This document shows positions 11,901-28,738 of a DNA stretch of 64,000 bases, piece after piece. Position numbers and translations under genes: made by a program. The stretch is taken from NCBI GenBank assembly GCA_012295275.1, contig CM022665.1, positions 36,332,001 to 36,396,000 of the forward strand, read 5' to 3'. Below the pieces are notes generated by a model, which saw only the letters and a list, made by a program, of their open reading frames with translations, had not been told where the DNA came from and searched no databases. The stretch comes from Chrysomallon squamiferum (taxonomy: Eukaryota > Animalia > Mollusca). Numbering within the stretch: position 1 is the stretch's first letter; every line of letters begins with the position of its first letter.

Positions 11901-14900
11901 ATTCATCACAGAATTCTTGAGTTATTATAAAGCCATTAAATAGAAAGTAAAAGTAAAAATAAAATAATTTAAAAAAAATGGGCATAAGCTTTGGAGTAGA
12001 GTATTGTCCATGAAATATTTATTCCAGCCATCATATTCTATATAAAAATTGACAAAATAAATAAATTAATTAATTAACAACAATAGCAATAATTCAGAAA
12101 ATCAAAGGATCAAAGCAGAAATAAATTTTTAAAATCTAACATAAAGTTACATATTTTGAATACGTTTGCAGTTTTGGATGTGGGAGTGTGTATGTGAAAT
12201 CGGAGGCAGTGTTGTAATTTCGAAGGTGGAAATGGTGATATGTTGTGATTTTCCAGATGGGCTTTATAAGGGGTAAAGACAAGGTTATGTCATGCTTTTC
12301 AAGGTGGGAGTGATAAGGAGGATGGAGGAAGTGCTAATTTGGGATTTTCAAGGTGGGAGGAAGTGAGTTATGTTTTGCAAGCTCAGAGTATGTCTAAGAT
12401 GAGGTTGTGTTGTGTAATGAAATATAATGAATTAATTAATCTGATTGTGTGGGCATTGACAAAGAGCTAATAAGCTTCTACTTACGTTAAATGTACAAAA
12501 GTAATAAAGATTATTTCCTCATCATCTGTTAATTACTGCTTGGTATTTACGCTGATGTTAATTACTCCTTTTAATAACCTGCCATTTAAGTTTATTTAAT
12601 TTTTGCCTTCACATTTTACTATTTTAATTCATATTTTTGTATCACTCGTTTTTATTGTTATTCTTGTTGTTATCATTATAGTTCTTACTTTTATTATTTT
12701 ACTGTGGTCTTCATCATCATAATTGTCATTCTCATCATCATAGTTTTTATAAATGTTTTTTTTTTTTTTTTGGTAATTTATGACATTTTTCATCTTTCTT
12801 TCTTTTATGTTTTTTCACCTGTAACCTTTTTTATTTTATTTTTTTCTCTATTAGTATTAATTTTTAAAAGATAACATGACAGGTGAAAACTATGTATATA
12901 TAAACTTTTGTAATTAATTTTTTTTAGGAACAATATCACCAAATTAATTGCAAATAACTGTTATTATAATACAGTTTTATTGAGATGTGAAATCATATTT
13001 TGATTTATGTATGTACAAACTGAATCTTGTGCAGATACAAGAAAGGAAGAAAAGAAATATTTCTTTATGATAATGAGTGAAACAAAGAAACAATGAATAA
13101 AGGTTACTGAATACCAAAAAATATAAAAATGTAATAAAGAAAACAGTAAACTTATGGATAAACAGAAAATAATTAATTTACAGAAAGAAGAAAAAAACCA
13201 GTAAGCTTACGAATAAAAAGAAAACAGTAAGCATATGAATAAAAGGAAAACAGTAAGCTAATGAATAAAAAGAAAACAGTAAGCTTATGAATAAAAAGAA
13301 AACAGTAAGCTTATGAATAAAAAGAAAACTAAGCTTATGAATGAAGAAATGGTAAGTTTATGAATTAAAAGAAAACAGTAAGCTAATGAATAAAATGAAA
13401 ACAGTAAGCTTATGAATAAAAAAAACCCCAGTAAGCTTATGAATTAAAAAACTGGCAAAAATTGATGAATTTTAAGCATGAATAAAAATAAAAGAGTAAA
13501 ATTAAGAATAGAATTGGGTTACAAATAATGTTTTGTGTGTGAATGTAGATTTTTCTGTCATTTATGTCATCTCATTAGAAATTTGGGATTTATGCAAGTT
13601 AATTTACAGACTGATACATTACTTGTTTCATTTCAGCTTCGGATGGTAATGGTCTGAGAAAAGTGATGGGGGAATCTGCAGCAGGAGACATGGTAAGCAA
13701 AAAGTATTCCAGAGCTTATTTAACCAACATTCTTTTATTGCTTTGTCCAAGATGAACAGCAGGAGGCAATGGTAAATAATAATTCTGCTTTATCTCTGTC
13801 TGTATAAGCTGCATGTTTTATAGAAATTCAATATAAAAGATTAGGAACTGTCTTGTACCCAAAGCCAAGAATTCTAACCCTTATATGTAATAAATAAAAT
13901 AAAAGTGAATTTGTAAATAAAAGTTTTAATTCATAATGTGATTTTTATCCAAAGTTTATACCTATATTATACATGATCATATGTATGTCATTAAATTAAC
14001 TTTGTAGTAATGTTCAGTGCAATACCTGGGTTAGGACTTGTACATAGATAAATGCTGTATGTACTGAAAATGCTTTAACCTCAAGCATATGATGTGTTGT
14101 AATGTTTTTCATGTCACACTTTTGTTGAGCAAGGAAATATAGTAAAGTGTTTATGTGATAGTATTACAGTTGTAATAATAACAATAGTAATAAACATTAT
14201 CATAATTATGTTAATTATTATAATGAAACATGCCATAATACATTTGAGAGAAACAGCAGATGGTGATTAAAAAACAAAAGTTAAAAACAAAAAATTAATA
14301 AAGTTTGTAATACTGTTTAAAGATTTGCATTTTAATTTTTAGGAGGGAATTCTATACTTATATCACCAACAGGAAATCTAAAAAAAAAAAAAAAAAAAAA
14401 AATCATTAGTATATCAATATTTTGTTTCACATTTTGTATATTATGTTTTCTTTTTCATTTAGTTTATTTTTAAAATTCTGAAAATAGTATGTTTACTTAA
14501 CATACATAACCTTTCTTTTTTGTATTACTTTTTATGTATGTATTCTTGAATCAATACAATTTTATATATCTTTATTTAAAATTGTTAACATTCTTTAACT
14601 TATTTTTTACTTTAGTTATTTTTTAAGTTTTTTAAAAATATTTTTTTAATTTTCTTTATATTGTAAACTTTATTTTCTTAGATTTAAATATATATATATA
14701 TTTCTTCTTTTTTTAATATATATATATTTTTTTATTTTTTTAATATAATTTTTATTTTTATTTTTTTAAAGTTTATTTTTAAAGTATTTTCCTAGAAAGG
14801 TTTATGAACTGACATACATATCAGCATGTTTACTCTGCGATTTGATTTTGTTTAATGAAAGATTTTATTTAAAGATGTGCCACCTATCAACAAGTCCCAC

Positions 14901-17900
14901 ACGCTCTCCCCTTACTCTGGACCAGCCTATCAACGCACAGACAAATCGTTTCCAAGCAGATTATGAGATTCCTGGAATGCGCCATTTAACCACATTCATT
15001 TTGTTTATTGTAGCTCCCATTTCAAAGGGTCATGGGGGTAAAAGATATTTGATTTTACTCTTGTTGATAAGAGAATGGCTCATGCAGTTTCTTCCCTGAA
15101 AATGGTTATTTTCTGATTTACCAAACAAATTCTGTCTATTTTGATTTCTTATCTTGTGGATTGTGTGAGTGTTTTGCCCCAACTTACAAATCAGATTTGC
15201 CAGATAATATGTTTTTACCTCAAGCAGGGTCTTTTGTTTGCCCTTCTGAAATAAGCTCTGCACAAATAAACTTTCAAAGTTTTATTGGCATGTAAGCATA
15301 AGTAAGTAAAGAAATATGAGTGGTGCTGAAGTGAAGTGGGATATCTAGCTAAATGTCATTATTATTATTACTGCTGATGCTGCTGCCACTGAAAATTTAC
15401 ATCTTAGGATTCCATTAAAGTCCAAACTGTCACTTTCTCAAAGCCTTATGGTATTTTAGCAGAAAGCATAGACATTTATGAGGTATCTGTAGATGAAAAT
15501 ACTACTGTAAATGTACAGTGGATATGTGAATACAGAAATGGATATCCATATAAGAAAACAATAAAGTTCATGTAGCTTTGGGTGTGTAAAGAGGAAAGTG
15601 GTAATGCATAGGTGCCATGGGATTCATTTGTCTTCCTTGCCCACATCTGAATAAAATAAAATAAAAAAGTGATGTGACATGCATTAATTACATATAACTG
15701 GTACAGTTGACAATCGCTTGCATCATTTCATCTGTTAGAATTCTAAGCACAAACAACTCAAACTTGACACTAAGTTAATAATAGACTTCAGTTGATTACA
15801 CGAAGCAACTCAAAGTTGATTGTAAATGGCAACATACTAAAATCTGTTACTCAAAGTTGACACAGAATGAACAACACACTAAAAATCTCTTACTCAGAAT
15901 TAACAGTAAGTTAACAGTACACTAAAATATGTCACTCACATTCATTTTGACAATACGTGAATAACATACTGAAGTCTGTTACTCAAAGTTAATTGTGAGT
16001 GCACAGTACACTACATTTATTACTCAAAAATGAACAGTAACTAAAATCAATAACTCAAAGTTGACAGTAATTGAACAGTACACTAAAATGTTACTCATTG
16101 TTCATAATGAAAAGTACACTAGAATCTGTTTCTCATTCTGTATGTGGATTGAAATCAGCTTTACATATATCAGAAGATTTATGATCTGTATCTAGTTTAA
16201 AACACTCTGCACCATTTGTGTACTTAATAACACAAATATATGCATCATTTTAATCTAAATGTGTGGAGATATGGGTCTAATTTTATAGAAGATACCTCAT
16301 CTATCTTTATTGCGAAAGCTTCACTACTAGCCGCTCTGATAGAAATAAACACACCACACACACAGTTGTTAATCAAACTGCACTAAAACATCATATAATC
16401 AGCACATCATTTATTTTTGTCTTTCATTATGTTTACACAATGGACCCCTTGTAGCTGGGTACATCTTCCATGTGATAATAGGTTGAAGAGCTTGTTTGTA
16501 AAAGCATGTGTCCAGGCTGATATTATGTGTGTGTATTTTTAGGTACAAGAAACATACTAAAAGTGTATATATAACGTATGTGTGTGTGTGGATCTCCATA
16601 AAGATATAGATTTAGATACAGGTATACAGATGTAAATTTAGATATATATAGATACAAATATGTATACCGATGAGTTCTCATCATTATATGCATACACAGG
16701 GTACATACATACAGTGCTTAGAAATAGATCATAATTTGACTTTCTTGTAAAAATAATACTTATAGAATTTTAAATATACCCTTTTTTTTTAGTATCAAGC
16801 CTTTATGTTGTGATTAAAGTGTTAAATTTAATCTTTTGAATATTTTAAATGTATTATAATTTGTTTTTTATTTATTTTTTTATTTTTTTTATAATAGTAA
16901 TAATTATGATAAATTAAAAGGACATTGATGCTTACATAAAATGGGAAAAAATGTAAGACTACTTTCATTATTCACTGATAAAAGATAAAAGCTAAAAAAT
17001 GTATGTATGAACAATATATGGATAAAGAGTAAAGGTTTTAAAATGTTAATGAATAAATAAATGAATAATAAATAATAAGTAAAATTTTGTAAGAATACAT
17101 AACAAAAGAAAAATTAAAGCTTTTATAATGAATTAAAATGTGGAAAAATGTGTTTTGGAATGTCAATAAATGAATAATGAATAAAAGAAAGGAAAATGTT
17201 TACAATATTGGTGAATAGAAGGAAGAGTTTTTAAAATTTTAATAAATGAATAATGAATTAATAAGGGAGAAAGTTTAAAAAAACCTGAAGAAATAATAAG
17301 TGAATAAAAAAGGAAAATTTTAAAAGTTTGTCAGTGAATGACTAAATAAAATAAGAGATTTGAAAGTTTCCAGAAATTAACTTTAAAAAAAGGACAGATA
17401 CTTAAAAGTTAAATTATCTGAGGAAACAAGAAATTCTTTTTATTCTTTATATTCTTTGTATGTTTTGATAAAAATCTGAATCTCAGAATGGAATCAATGT
17501 ACTAATAATAGTTTTACACAAGACTGCATTACTTCATAAACATCACTGGATAAGAGTCCAGAGAGAAAAAGCATGAAAGAGTTTTAAAAAACAAAAACCT
17601 ACTTGATGTACATAAAAATAAAGTATACATAGACTGTTATCAATTTCTATCAAAAGCTACCAGGATTTGTTTGTCAGTAAATGCCATTAATGTTTTTGAT
17701 TAGGTAAATCATATATCAAACGTTATAAAAACAGGTAAATATAGAGAGTGTTGCAGCAACATTTAAAAAAATAAAAATAAATAAATAAATACATTTTTTA
17801 AAATTTATTTTTAATCTTAGAATGAAATAAGAAAATATACACATCAGAAAGAAAAAAGGAATTTCAAATAAAATGTGAAAACTACAAAAAAAAAATACAA

Positions 17901-20000
17901 AAATACACAAACAATGTTTACTAATATATTTTTTAGAATGTGACATTTGGAAAGTTTCAAGACATAAAAAACAGTGTATATGTATTTATATGTGTGTATA
18001 CATCTGTATAGATGTGTGTGTGGGTGGGTGGGTGGGTGTGTGTGGACTAGTGGGGGCTGTAAGAAAAGCTAAACAGAAATGTCTCCAGGAAAGATCCTAT
18101 CAGAATGTTTGTTAAAACATAGAAAGTAATGAGCCATTGCAAGTGATAACCAATGAATGTAAAATTTGTGATGCCTTCATGAGAACAAAGTGGCACTTTG
18201 TGTTTTTCTGGCAGTCCTCATTTGTAAAGAATGTGATGTAACAGTTGAGAAAATTCTTGCTTTAATGTTGTTTGGTTAACAACACTGGTGGTAATGTGTT
18301 TAACAACTAATACATTATTTTATGATGATTAGACATTTGTGGCATAAGGTTATTGTTACATAATATTTAAAAAGGGGATCTTAGTTACATACATGCATAT
18401 CTGTACACTCATGCATAAATACCACATAAACATACGCCCTCACGAATGTCAGTGCAGACTGTAGCTCAGTGTTAGAGTGCTCAACTGATTTATGGTTGGT
18501 CACAGGATAATCCTTCACAATAGATTCCAGCCATTTTTTCAAAACTAGTTTATCAGTAGCCAATCTGATGGATGCACATACAAACATTTCCTTGACATTA
18601 ATCTAGAAGTGGTAGATCATCAGTTTGCAACTTTTAGAACTTTGCTGTGACTTATATAAATTACTTCTTTCCTAACCAATATCCACATCCACATCTGATA
18701 GTGATGCCAGCTGATTGATCAAATACTATGATATATACTTTTCTTTCTATTGGAGTCATTTGATCTATTTACTGAAGACTGTCAATGAAGTCGAATATGA
18801 ATAGCTCTAAATACATTATAGCACATATATATTTGCAAGTGACAAGAGGTTTCCTCTCTTGCATCACGATACAAAAACAAAATGTTTGAATAATTGTGTT
18901 CTGAAAAATGAACTGATATAATAGTTATTTTTTCCTTCTTTAAATTTTTAACTTAACTCTCTTCTTATATATGCATAGACAGAGGTATATGTATATATTC
19001 GTGTGTGTGTGTGTGTGTGTGTGTGTGTTTATATGTCTGTCTGTTTTACCTTCTGTGTAAGTTTTGACATACACTTCAGCAATTAATACACAAACAGAAT
19101 TGACATCACAAACATATAATATAAAAGTGCACTTTAGTCTAACATTAAGTGAAATGTTTGTGTTTTTTTTGTTTTGTTTTTGTTTTAAAAAAAACAACTT
19201 CTCCATCTGTCATCAAATATGTTTTATGCTGTCTAACGAGATGTTTGATAAAAACACAGAGTTTTTATTTTTAAATATTTTTATCTTCGTAGTAATCTGG
19301 TTAGGGGAGGAATGTTATTAAACAAGTTAGCAGGATATGAAATCATTAAGTGTGTATGATATGATGGAAAAGCAAACAGTATTGACCCTGTTACTACTTA
19401 CAGGTGGTTTTCTTAACTTTTTTACACTTCATTACATTTACCACATAAATATTACATTCTTGTACTGGTTACTAGAAAAATATATGCTTGAATGAGGCAA
19501 CTAGGTACATGAACTTGTTAATTTATATAGAATGTGTTAATATATTGTACATTTTTATATAGAATGTAATTATATATTGTTCATTTTTATGTGGAATGTA
19601 TTTATATCTACATTTATATATAGAATACACTGATATTTTGTAGATTAATATGTAGAATATATTTATACATATATTTATAAATAAATGTGTTTATGTTTAT
19701 GATACGAGAGTTAAGTTGTGTCTGATGTTGAATGTTATGATTTATGATATTTACTAAATGACATTAAAATTCATATTAAATATGTATATTAAATTTCATC
19801 AAGAGGTTTTAGAATAATGTAAAATGTTTAGTGTTATATATTTTTACAATAAAGTCACAGATTACATTAATAATACTTTAATAGTAATATATATTTTTGA
19901 CTTGGTATAGAATACAAGTCTTGAATTTGAATATTATGATCTTATAAAGTAAATAATAACAGGGAAATAATCAGATTTTATAATATCTTAACAGGATTAC

Positions 20001-20043
<43 letters not shown>

Positions 20044-20168
20044 GACCAACTTTATTAATATCAAAGGTTTATGTCCAGTAACAAATAAAACAAATCATAT
20101 GAAATTATACTGATTGCATTTAAACTGTTGGTACCATTACAAAAACATTTTTACATTTGTATTTCTTT

Positions 20169-20215
<47 letters not shown>

Positions 20216-21513
20216 TATAACTGTTATATCAGAATGTCTATTGATGATATCATTTTGTTTTATAAATCAGTTTTTATTTCAGTGCAATTTCCTAGCAATC
20301 TAATAATAAACATAGGCCAATACATTCATTGTACACTTCTCTTTGAAAACTGAACACGGCATTATAAACTCTAAATGGATGTATAACAGATATATAATGT
20401 CATTTTAGTAATATATATTGTAGATTGAAATACAGTATACAATAAGATTTGAATGATAAAGACAACAACTTACTATGTTAGTAAATTAAATCTGTATAAT
20501 ACACATATAATGTTGTTTTAATAATGTATACTGTAGATTTAAATATAGTATACAATAAGATTTGAATGATAAAGACAACAACTTACTATGTTAGTAAATT
20601 AAATCTGTATAATACACATATAATGTTGTTTTTAATAATGTATACTGTATTTAAATAAATTAAATCTGATGAATATATTAATAAATTAAATCTGTAATAT
20701 ATACATAATGTTGTTTTAAAATAAAATAAAAAAAAAAATAAAAAAATATATATATAGTATACAGATTTGAATGATGAAACCTATGACTACAATACACAGA
20801 AAATATGCATAATACATACACAGTAAAGCATTTTTTGAAAAATATACATTAATGACTTTTTAAAACAGCACAACTGGAACTGTAATGTTAGGAAAACTAT
20901 GTGTTATCAGTGAAAGCTTAATATAATAAATATCTCATGTCTTTCTAAAAATATACATGAAGACTTTTAATATAGAATACAAGTTCTGAATGATGAACAC
21001 TACATCTACTATGTGTTCAGTAAATGAAAGCTATTTATAACTAAACTACAATGACAGCAAAGAGCCACAGTTTTGGAAATGAAAACAGATGGAGAATCTC
21101 ATAAACAACTGATGTCTTTTTGTAAATACTAAGGAATGGTCATAAAAATCTTATCTCATCACAAGTGATGGGTTGGGTTCCCATCATGGGTAAAATAGAT
21201 TTCCCACCCACCTATATGAACATTGATAGAAACATTTTTTTTTTTTTTTTTTTTTTTTTTGTTTGCCTTCAAGTGTTTAATAATTTATATGTCAACATTT
21301 ATAAAGATTCTTTTATCTTCTTGATTTGCTGTTTGTAAGATATATATTTCTATATATTAAATTATCTTATATTATATTATATTATTTTTTTTAATTATTT
21401 TTTATTTTAATTATTATTATTTTTATTATTATTATTTTATTATTATTATTAATATGATTATTACTATTATTATTATTATTACTACTACTACTATTTTATG
21501 ATTCAAAGTAAGG

Positions 21514-21566
<53 letters not shown>

Positions 21567-21934
21567 TCATGTGTGCATGCAAATGTATGTATATGTGAAA
21601 AGGTGTGTAAGTTCATACATGTAAATGTTTGTATCTGCTTACAGTATGATGTTGAATTGGTTTTACACAGGGTATTTTGTTGATGCAGTCCATTAAATAT
21701 CCATTAATCTATTTTATGTAATCAAAAAACACACATAAATTGTCATTACCTGGTTATATATCTTTTTAAGTCTTTTTATGTGGTTTTAGAAATTACATGC
21801 AAATGAATTTTAATCAATTTATTGCTGGAAAATATTTAATGTTTTTCAGTTAATGTAAAAAGTGTTATATTTCTAATTTATTTATAAGTCTGTGTAAATG
21901 TTATAATAAAATTATATTTTATGTCATGATCATA

Positions 21935-22011
<77 letters not shown>

Positions 22012-23084
22012 TTATGCAACAAAACTCATGAACACATAAATATATAATCCACAATGTGAAAAATACAAATTATTTTAAAACCCAACCATGAGAAGTTAAA
22101 AATATACAAGGAATCTCCTTTGGCATGTTTTCATTTTGCATATTTCTTAAGACCTGTTATTTTACTGCCATGGTTTATTATTAGCAAACGTTATCATCAC
22201 TTTCCATTTCACACACACACACACACTCACACAAACAAATTAAAAGCTACAAAATACAACAGCACTTCAAAATATATTCCTATTACTAAATACTTTTTTT
22301 ATCACTTCTTTGTTTTCCTTTTTCCTTCAGCCTGTAAAGGAGCTGACTTCAGGATTTTGTGTGAGGATAAACACAGGGGCTCCCATTCCACCTGGTGCTG
22401 ATGCTGTTGTCCAAGTTGAAGACACAGTCTTGGTCAAGGATGCTGATGATGGCAAAACAGAATTGGAAATCCGTATTGAAGTTCTGCCTAAAGTTGGCCA
22501 GGATATCAGGTTCAGCAAATAAACTTTTTGTTTTGTACAGTAGCTTTCTTAAAGTATACCTAGTAACACATAGTCTAAATACAATTTACAAACCTCCATG
22601 TCATTTGAATGTTTCAATAAATTGACACCAGACTTTATTAATAAAAGAGTTTTGTGATAAGCCCAGTGCACTGCAGTTTTACTATTCACATTTCTATATA
22701 CAACAAATTTGTGTCACCAAAATATATGAAAGTATAGAAAATATATTAAGCCTTTTGTTCAAACTCCCACAGCAATACCTTAATCTAACATACACACACT
22801 AATTTGTACAGCTATTCCACAAGTCTGTAATTACTATTGATGCATGAAGCACCATTATTCAAGACTTTTGCAATTTCATTCATACATATATATATATACA
22901 TACATACATGCATATACAACACTCCAATTCAAAATTTATATAACCTAAAATTACTCTTTTGAAACCTTTATATTTGTGCTCTTTAAATATTTCATTTTAT
23001 TTATTTTTTTATTTTTTTTATGACCATTTTTTTCCAGACCTTGAAATGCATATATAACAAAAATCCTTTTCAGTGTAACATCTT

Positions 23085-23122
<38 letters not shown>

Positions 23123-23750
23123 TTTTTTTTTTTAATTTTTCATATATTCTATTTTTTAATTTTTCATTACTTTGTTTCTGTACATTACCATTTTTACTCT
23201 GTTACTCCAAACTTGCAAACCCCCCACATACTGACATACACAAATCCCATTCAGTTTTTACATAACCTTCAAATTTATTACACTTTTAAATCCTTAATGT
23301 TCATGTTCATTATCATATTTTTTTCTCTCCCTCTTCATTTTGTTGTTTTGAACTGTTACCTATAGTTATTACATCTGTAGTTCTTGTTAGTGTTTTGCTT
23401 TCTTTTTTAACTTTATAGCAGGAAATGTAAAACATCCAATTAGTTCTGGCTCATATGACCTGTAGCTGAATGTGTTTCCAGAAACTATTCAGTGTGGAGA
23501 AAAATGAAAATATTATCACTGTAGAAGTAAAACATTATCTCTCAGTCATTCTCACTCCCTAACTCTTCTTATTTTCTTCTTTCTGGAGTTTTTTTTTCTT
23601 TTCTTTTTTTTGACTATCCCTTCTCTCTGTCTTTCTGACTTTCAGATTTGATTTTATTTCTGACTTTTACTCTAATTTTATTTCTCAACCTCTCATTTTC
23701 CTTCATTCTGTCTGTCATTCCTTTTCACTAATTTTCTGCCATTTTCTGTT

Positions 23751-23849
<99 letters not shown>

Positions 23850-26499
23850 GTTTCTCAGCACCCTTCTCTCTCACCTACATACTTAGTTATAAAGGTGAAA
23901 GACAAGATGGTTCTTTTCTTTGGTGTCTAAACAATTATTAACACCAGACAGCAACACACTTAATGTACAATAATGAATTATTTTAAGAAAAAGAAGCCAG
24001 AAATACCTTCTGACACACTTTGTAAGAGCAAGTGCACTGTGCATGTAATCAGATTATTATCACCAGCTTAATACACAAATATATAGATATACTAATATGA
24101 ATAAAATGCAGTAATTTCTTTCAAATGAAGTATTCATGAATGTTCACACATTTAATACTATTACTACTACTTCTACCACTCCTACAACTACTACTACTAC
24201 TACTACTTCTACTGTTACCTTTAGAACCACTATTTCTACTGCTCTTGTTGCTTCTGTTTCTCCTGTTATTATTAATATTGTTGTTGTTAATATCATCACT
24301 TTATTATTATCTGCATCATCGTTATCATCATTATATTTATCATTATTCCATTATTATCATGGTCATCATCTTCATAATTATTACTGTTACTATTCTGAAT
24401 AGGCCAAAAGGATCTGATATAGAGAGTGGTGAAAAGATTCTGTGTAAAGGACAAAAGCTGGGTCCCTCTGAGCTGGGTCTGCTAGCCACGGCGGGTGTGG
24501 TTTCAGTGTTGTGTGTCGGGCAGCCAGTTGTTGGTGTCATGTCTACAGGAAATGAGGTAATAACTCTCTTAGAAATAGAAACTATGTTTTCTGACTTTAA
24601 GTTTACGAAGTATAAGGTGTCTGTGTATGTGTGTGTGTGTATGTTTATAAACATTTAGTGCTTATTTTGTTTATTGCTTTTACCAGCCTTTGTTTAAAAT
24701 AAAGATGAGAAAGTAACAAGACTTAGATGATGCATGAAGGCTAACATTTTCCCATTTTTCATCTGATGTTATTTTATCCATAGAAATGTAAAAATATCCT
24801 AAAAGACTGAGGATTTTGAAATTATGCAATGATTTTGCATTTCTCTGTCAAAATGATACTTTAAAAAAATAAAAAAAAAAAAAAATAGAATAAGAAATAA
24901 TAATACAAAATTTATCATTAGCAGAGATTGTTGTTAATGGACAGATAAAACAATGATGTAGAAAATATGCCAGCACTTTTTTGTTGTTTTATTTTTTATT
25001 TTTTTATTTTTTGTGGGGAGGTATTATGTAATATACTATTTGTATATAATGGTTTCTAAAGTTCTTAAAAATGTATTTGTTTTTAGTGTACTGTATTCAT
25101 TATTATGTTTTATTTCTTCTTCTGTTTTTCTTTGTTTATTTCTTTTATTTTTACTTTCATTTATTTTTTCTTTCTTTTCTTTCTTTTTAACATTACTTTT
25201 TTCATTCTGACATTGTTTTATTTTTTTCCATCTCTTTCCAGTTTTCTACTATTTTTCTTCTGTTATTTCTTTTTTTTCATTCTTTTTATCTTTTTTCTTT
25301 CCCCCACAGAGACTAAAGTGTCAGAAAATGTCTTACATAATTTTTTATTTAAAAATTATTTATGAAAACTCTGAAAAGATTATCTTACATGAATATTTAT
25401 TTTTATCATGAATATTAGTTGGTTCAAATAATATTTACAAACATTAAACAAATATCAGTCAAAGAACTGGCCCAAAATCTTTATATTAAGGCCACTATCA
25501 ACATTTTATCTCCTGTTTATTTTACAAATAATAAATTACAATAATTACAACTTATTCCAACTATTCTGATAATGAAAGGAAAATAGGAGGAGGCAAAGAT
25601 AAGATGTTTAAAAAAAAAAAAAAAAATTAAAAATAGAAGTAGAAGAAAAAGAAAAAAGGAAAAAAAAGTGAAATTTTTGGAAAGTGTTTCTTGGAACCAT
25701 ATGTTGCATATAATAGCAAATGTTGGATAACATCCATGGACCTGTGATATGTACTTTTTGAAAAGTATTCTTTACTAAAAGTTATCCAGCAGTGGTTGTT
25801 GTTTTTTCACTATGTCAGTTTTAGAAACAGAAAATTTCTTAAAGTTATGCACATACATATGGCCTGTAACAATAATTTTCGGCTTACGTCAGTCTGATGT
25901 TATCCCAAAAATTCCTGTGATGACTTTAGTTGTAATGTTTTTTTTTACATTCACAGTTTGAAAATATATACATGCACATATGCACACACACACACACACA
26001 CATTAATATCATCAATAGCATCAGTATTTTAAAGGAATGTACATTGTTTTGTTTGAAAAAGTTGAAACAGAAAAGAAAAGAAAACATTTAATTAACATGG
26101 TGTTAGCTAGAACAAATTACAAAATTGAAAAAGACAAAACATGTTAAAAAGATATCAGTTGGGAAAAACAAACCTCTGGTTAAATCATTTTACATATTTT
26201 AGATTTGAATCCATATCTTGAAATATTTTCCATTAAATCTCCCACACTTTCACAAGTGAATGACTTTACAGTGGTATGATTAATATGGCAACACTTACGA
26301 ATTCTTCCATCACATTTAATATTAACAAATATGGATAATTGTTGTCATGTGCTGGAAGAAAAGGAAAGTTTTATTTTTAAGATCTCCTTTTTTTCTTTTT
26401 TATCTAGTTGTTATAGGTTAAGCAGCATAAATGTCATTTTGTACTCTTGAATGTTATGAAAGAATGTTGGAATGATGGAGAAGAGTAGGGAAAGGGGAA

Positions 26500-26583
<84 letters not shown>

Positions 26584-28699
26584 CACGTATGAGCAAGAGT
26601 GAGAGAAAGAAAAGGAATGTGAAGAAGAGAATATGATAACAGTAATAGAAAGAAAACTGTAAAAGAATTTTAAGAAGTAAAAGAGTTAGAAAAGAGAATG
26701 TGGTAAATAAAACTGAATGAATAAAAGAATTGTAATATGGAAAAAATTAAAGAATAAGAGAAAGATGAAAGAAGACAATGTAAATGAAGACAGTTGGTGA
26801 TCACATCTATGGTGTTTTAAAACATTTTGTTATTACAAAATCATGTATTGGATCCATATTATCTTGAAATAAATTAAAAGTGTTGATATATCAATAAATA
26901 ATTTTTTTATTCACTTAGATATCAGAAATAAATTACATTTATTTGTTGATTTATTCATTCATTCATTCGTACATTCATCTACAAACAATGCTGCCAATCC
27001 CATGTATTTTAGTACTGAAACAAATACAACATTAAGACACAGGAACTTCACAGAGCACATTGAATGAATTAAAACAACAGCTGAAACTTCCCAGTCTTGT
27101 ACCTCAGTGATGGACATAATGAGAAATAATGGGGGATGGAAGTCAGTGTCCTGCTGTTTGGGGAGGGTGGGAGTAGTGAAGAGATTTACAAACAAATTAT
27201 GACTGACATTAATTGACTTGACATAAGTGAGGAACAATTACAGTGATTGCACTTTTTCTTCAAATGTCAGCCACATGCAGGTGATTCTTAAAGACAATTG
27301 TTTGCACAGACCAGAGTAAATCTAATTTGTCAAAGACTAGCTCTGAGAACAGTTTCCCCCCTCCAAATGGGTTTAGTATTATTTCTTCAGCAGTTTGTTT
27401 CTCAAATCAGTCTGTTAGTGGGTGGAGGTTGGTGTTGGAGCTGGTTATGTCATTCACGTTGTGTCCCATCTGCTTATGTGATTAGTTAAAATGATAGCAT
27501 TAAACAAATTGTGATTTTTTTTTTTTCTGTTAGTTTTCAAACACCTGCATGGAAGCCTGTGAAGACTGCTTGACCTGTTGTGTCATTAGTACTTATTATT
27601 TCCAGTGATAAATTACCATAGAGTGGACATTCAGCTTCACTGAATATAGTGCAGTGTGTATTGCGTACTGTATTGTAATGATTATGTTAAAAGCCTTATG
27701 TATTACAACTCTTGTATTTTATAAGAGTCATATGTTAAAAGCCTCATGTGTCCAAGCCATGGGTGTTTAAGTCTTCATATGTTACAAGTCTTTATTATAA
27801 GTGTCATATGTTACAAGTCTTTATTATAAGTTATATGTTATGTCTTTATTATAAGTGTCATATGTTACAAGTCTTTATTATAAGTTATATGTTATAAGTC
27901 TTTATTATAAGTGTCATGTGTTACAAGTCTTTATTATAAGTGTCATGTTACAAGTCTTTATTATAAGTTATATGTTACAAGTCTTTATTATAAGTGTCAT
28001 ATGATACAATACTTTATTATAAGTGCCATATGTTACAAGCCTTTATAATAAGTGTCATGTTACAAGCCTTTATTATAAGTGTCATATGTTACAAGTCTTT
28101 ATTGTAAGTGCCATATATTAGTAGCCTTTATTGTAAGTGTCATATGTTACAAACCTTTATTATAAGTACCGTATGTTACAAGCCTTTATTGTGAGTGTGA
28201 TGATACAAGTCTTTATTATATTGTCATATGTTACAAGTCTTGATTATAACTCATATGCTACAAGCCTTATGTTATAAGCATCTGTGTTACAAGTTTCATC
28301 TGTTATAACCCTCATTTGTTATAAGCTTCATTTGATACATGCATCACGAGTTATTAACATTGTATAATACAGTTATTGTGTGTTTGTATATTACCAGCCT
28401 CTTTGTAGTACTTGTTTCATTAAAAGCCTTATGTATTACAAGCCTGATGTCGAGCAGTATTTTTGTTATGTGAGCATTCAAAAGTTCAATATAATATTTA
28501 TCCTTTTAAACATGTAACAGCCACATAAAACATAAATTGAATAAAGAAAAAAAAAAAATGTTTAGTAACTTTATATGAAAACCATTACATTTATTAATCT
28601 AAAAAATAATTGAAAAGATGTTCTAAGGACTTTCAGTTTGGTATTTTTAATTTTGTTTTTCCCTCTTCTAATGGTGATGAAGATGATGACTTTTATTAT

Positions 28700-28738
<39 letters not shown>

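Noticed and set aside
14875-15037. Possible cassette exon in intron 11 ([12 protein letters not shown]...)
   Set aside because: Weak splice sites, a non-3n length with the best donor, no homology, and exons 11 and 12 already join without a gap in the E domain.
24136-24402. Hydrophobic poly-Leu/poly-Thr ORF extensions upstream of exon 13
   Set aside because: Trinucleotide low-complexity intron sequence; gephyrin homology starts only at the acceptor at 24403.
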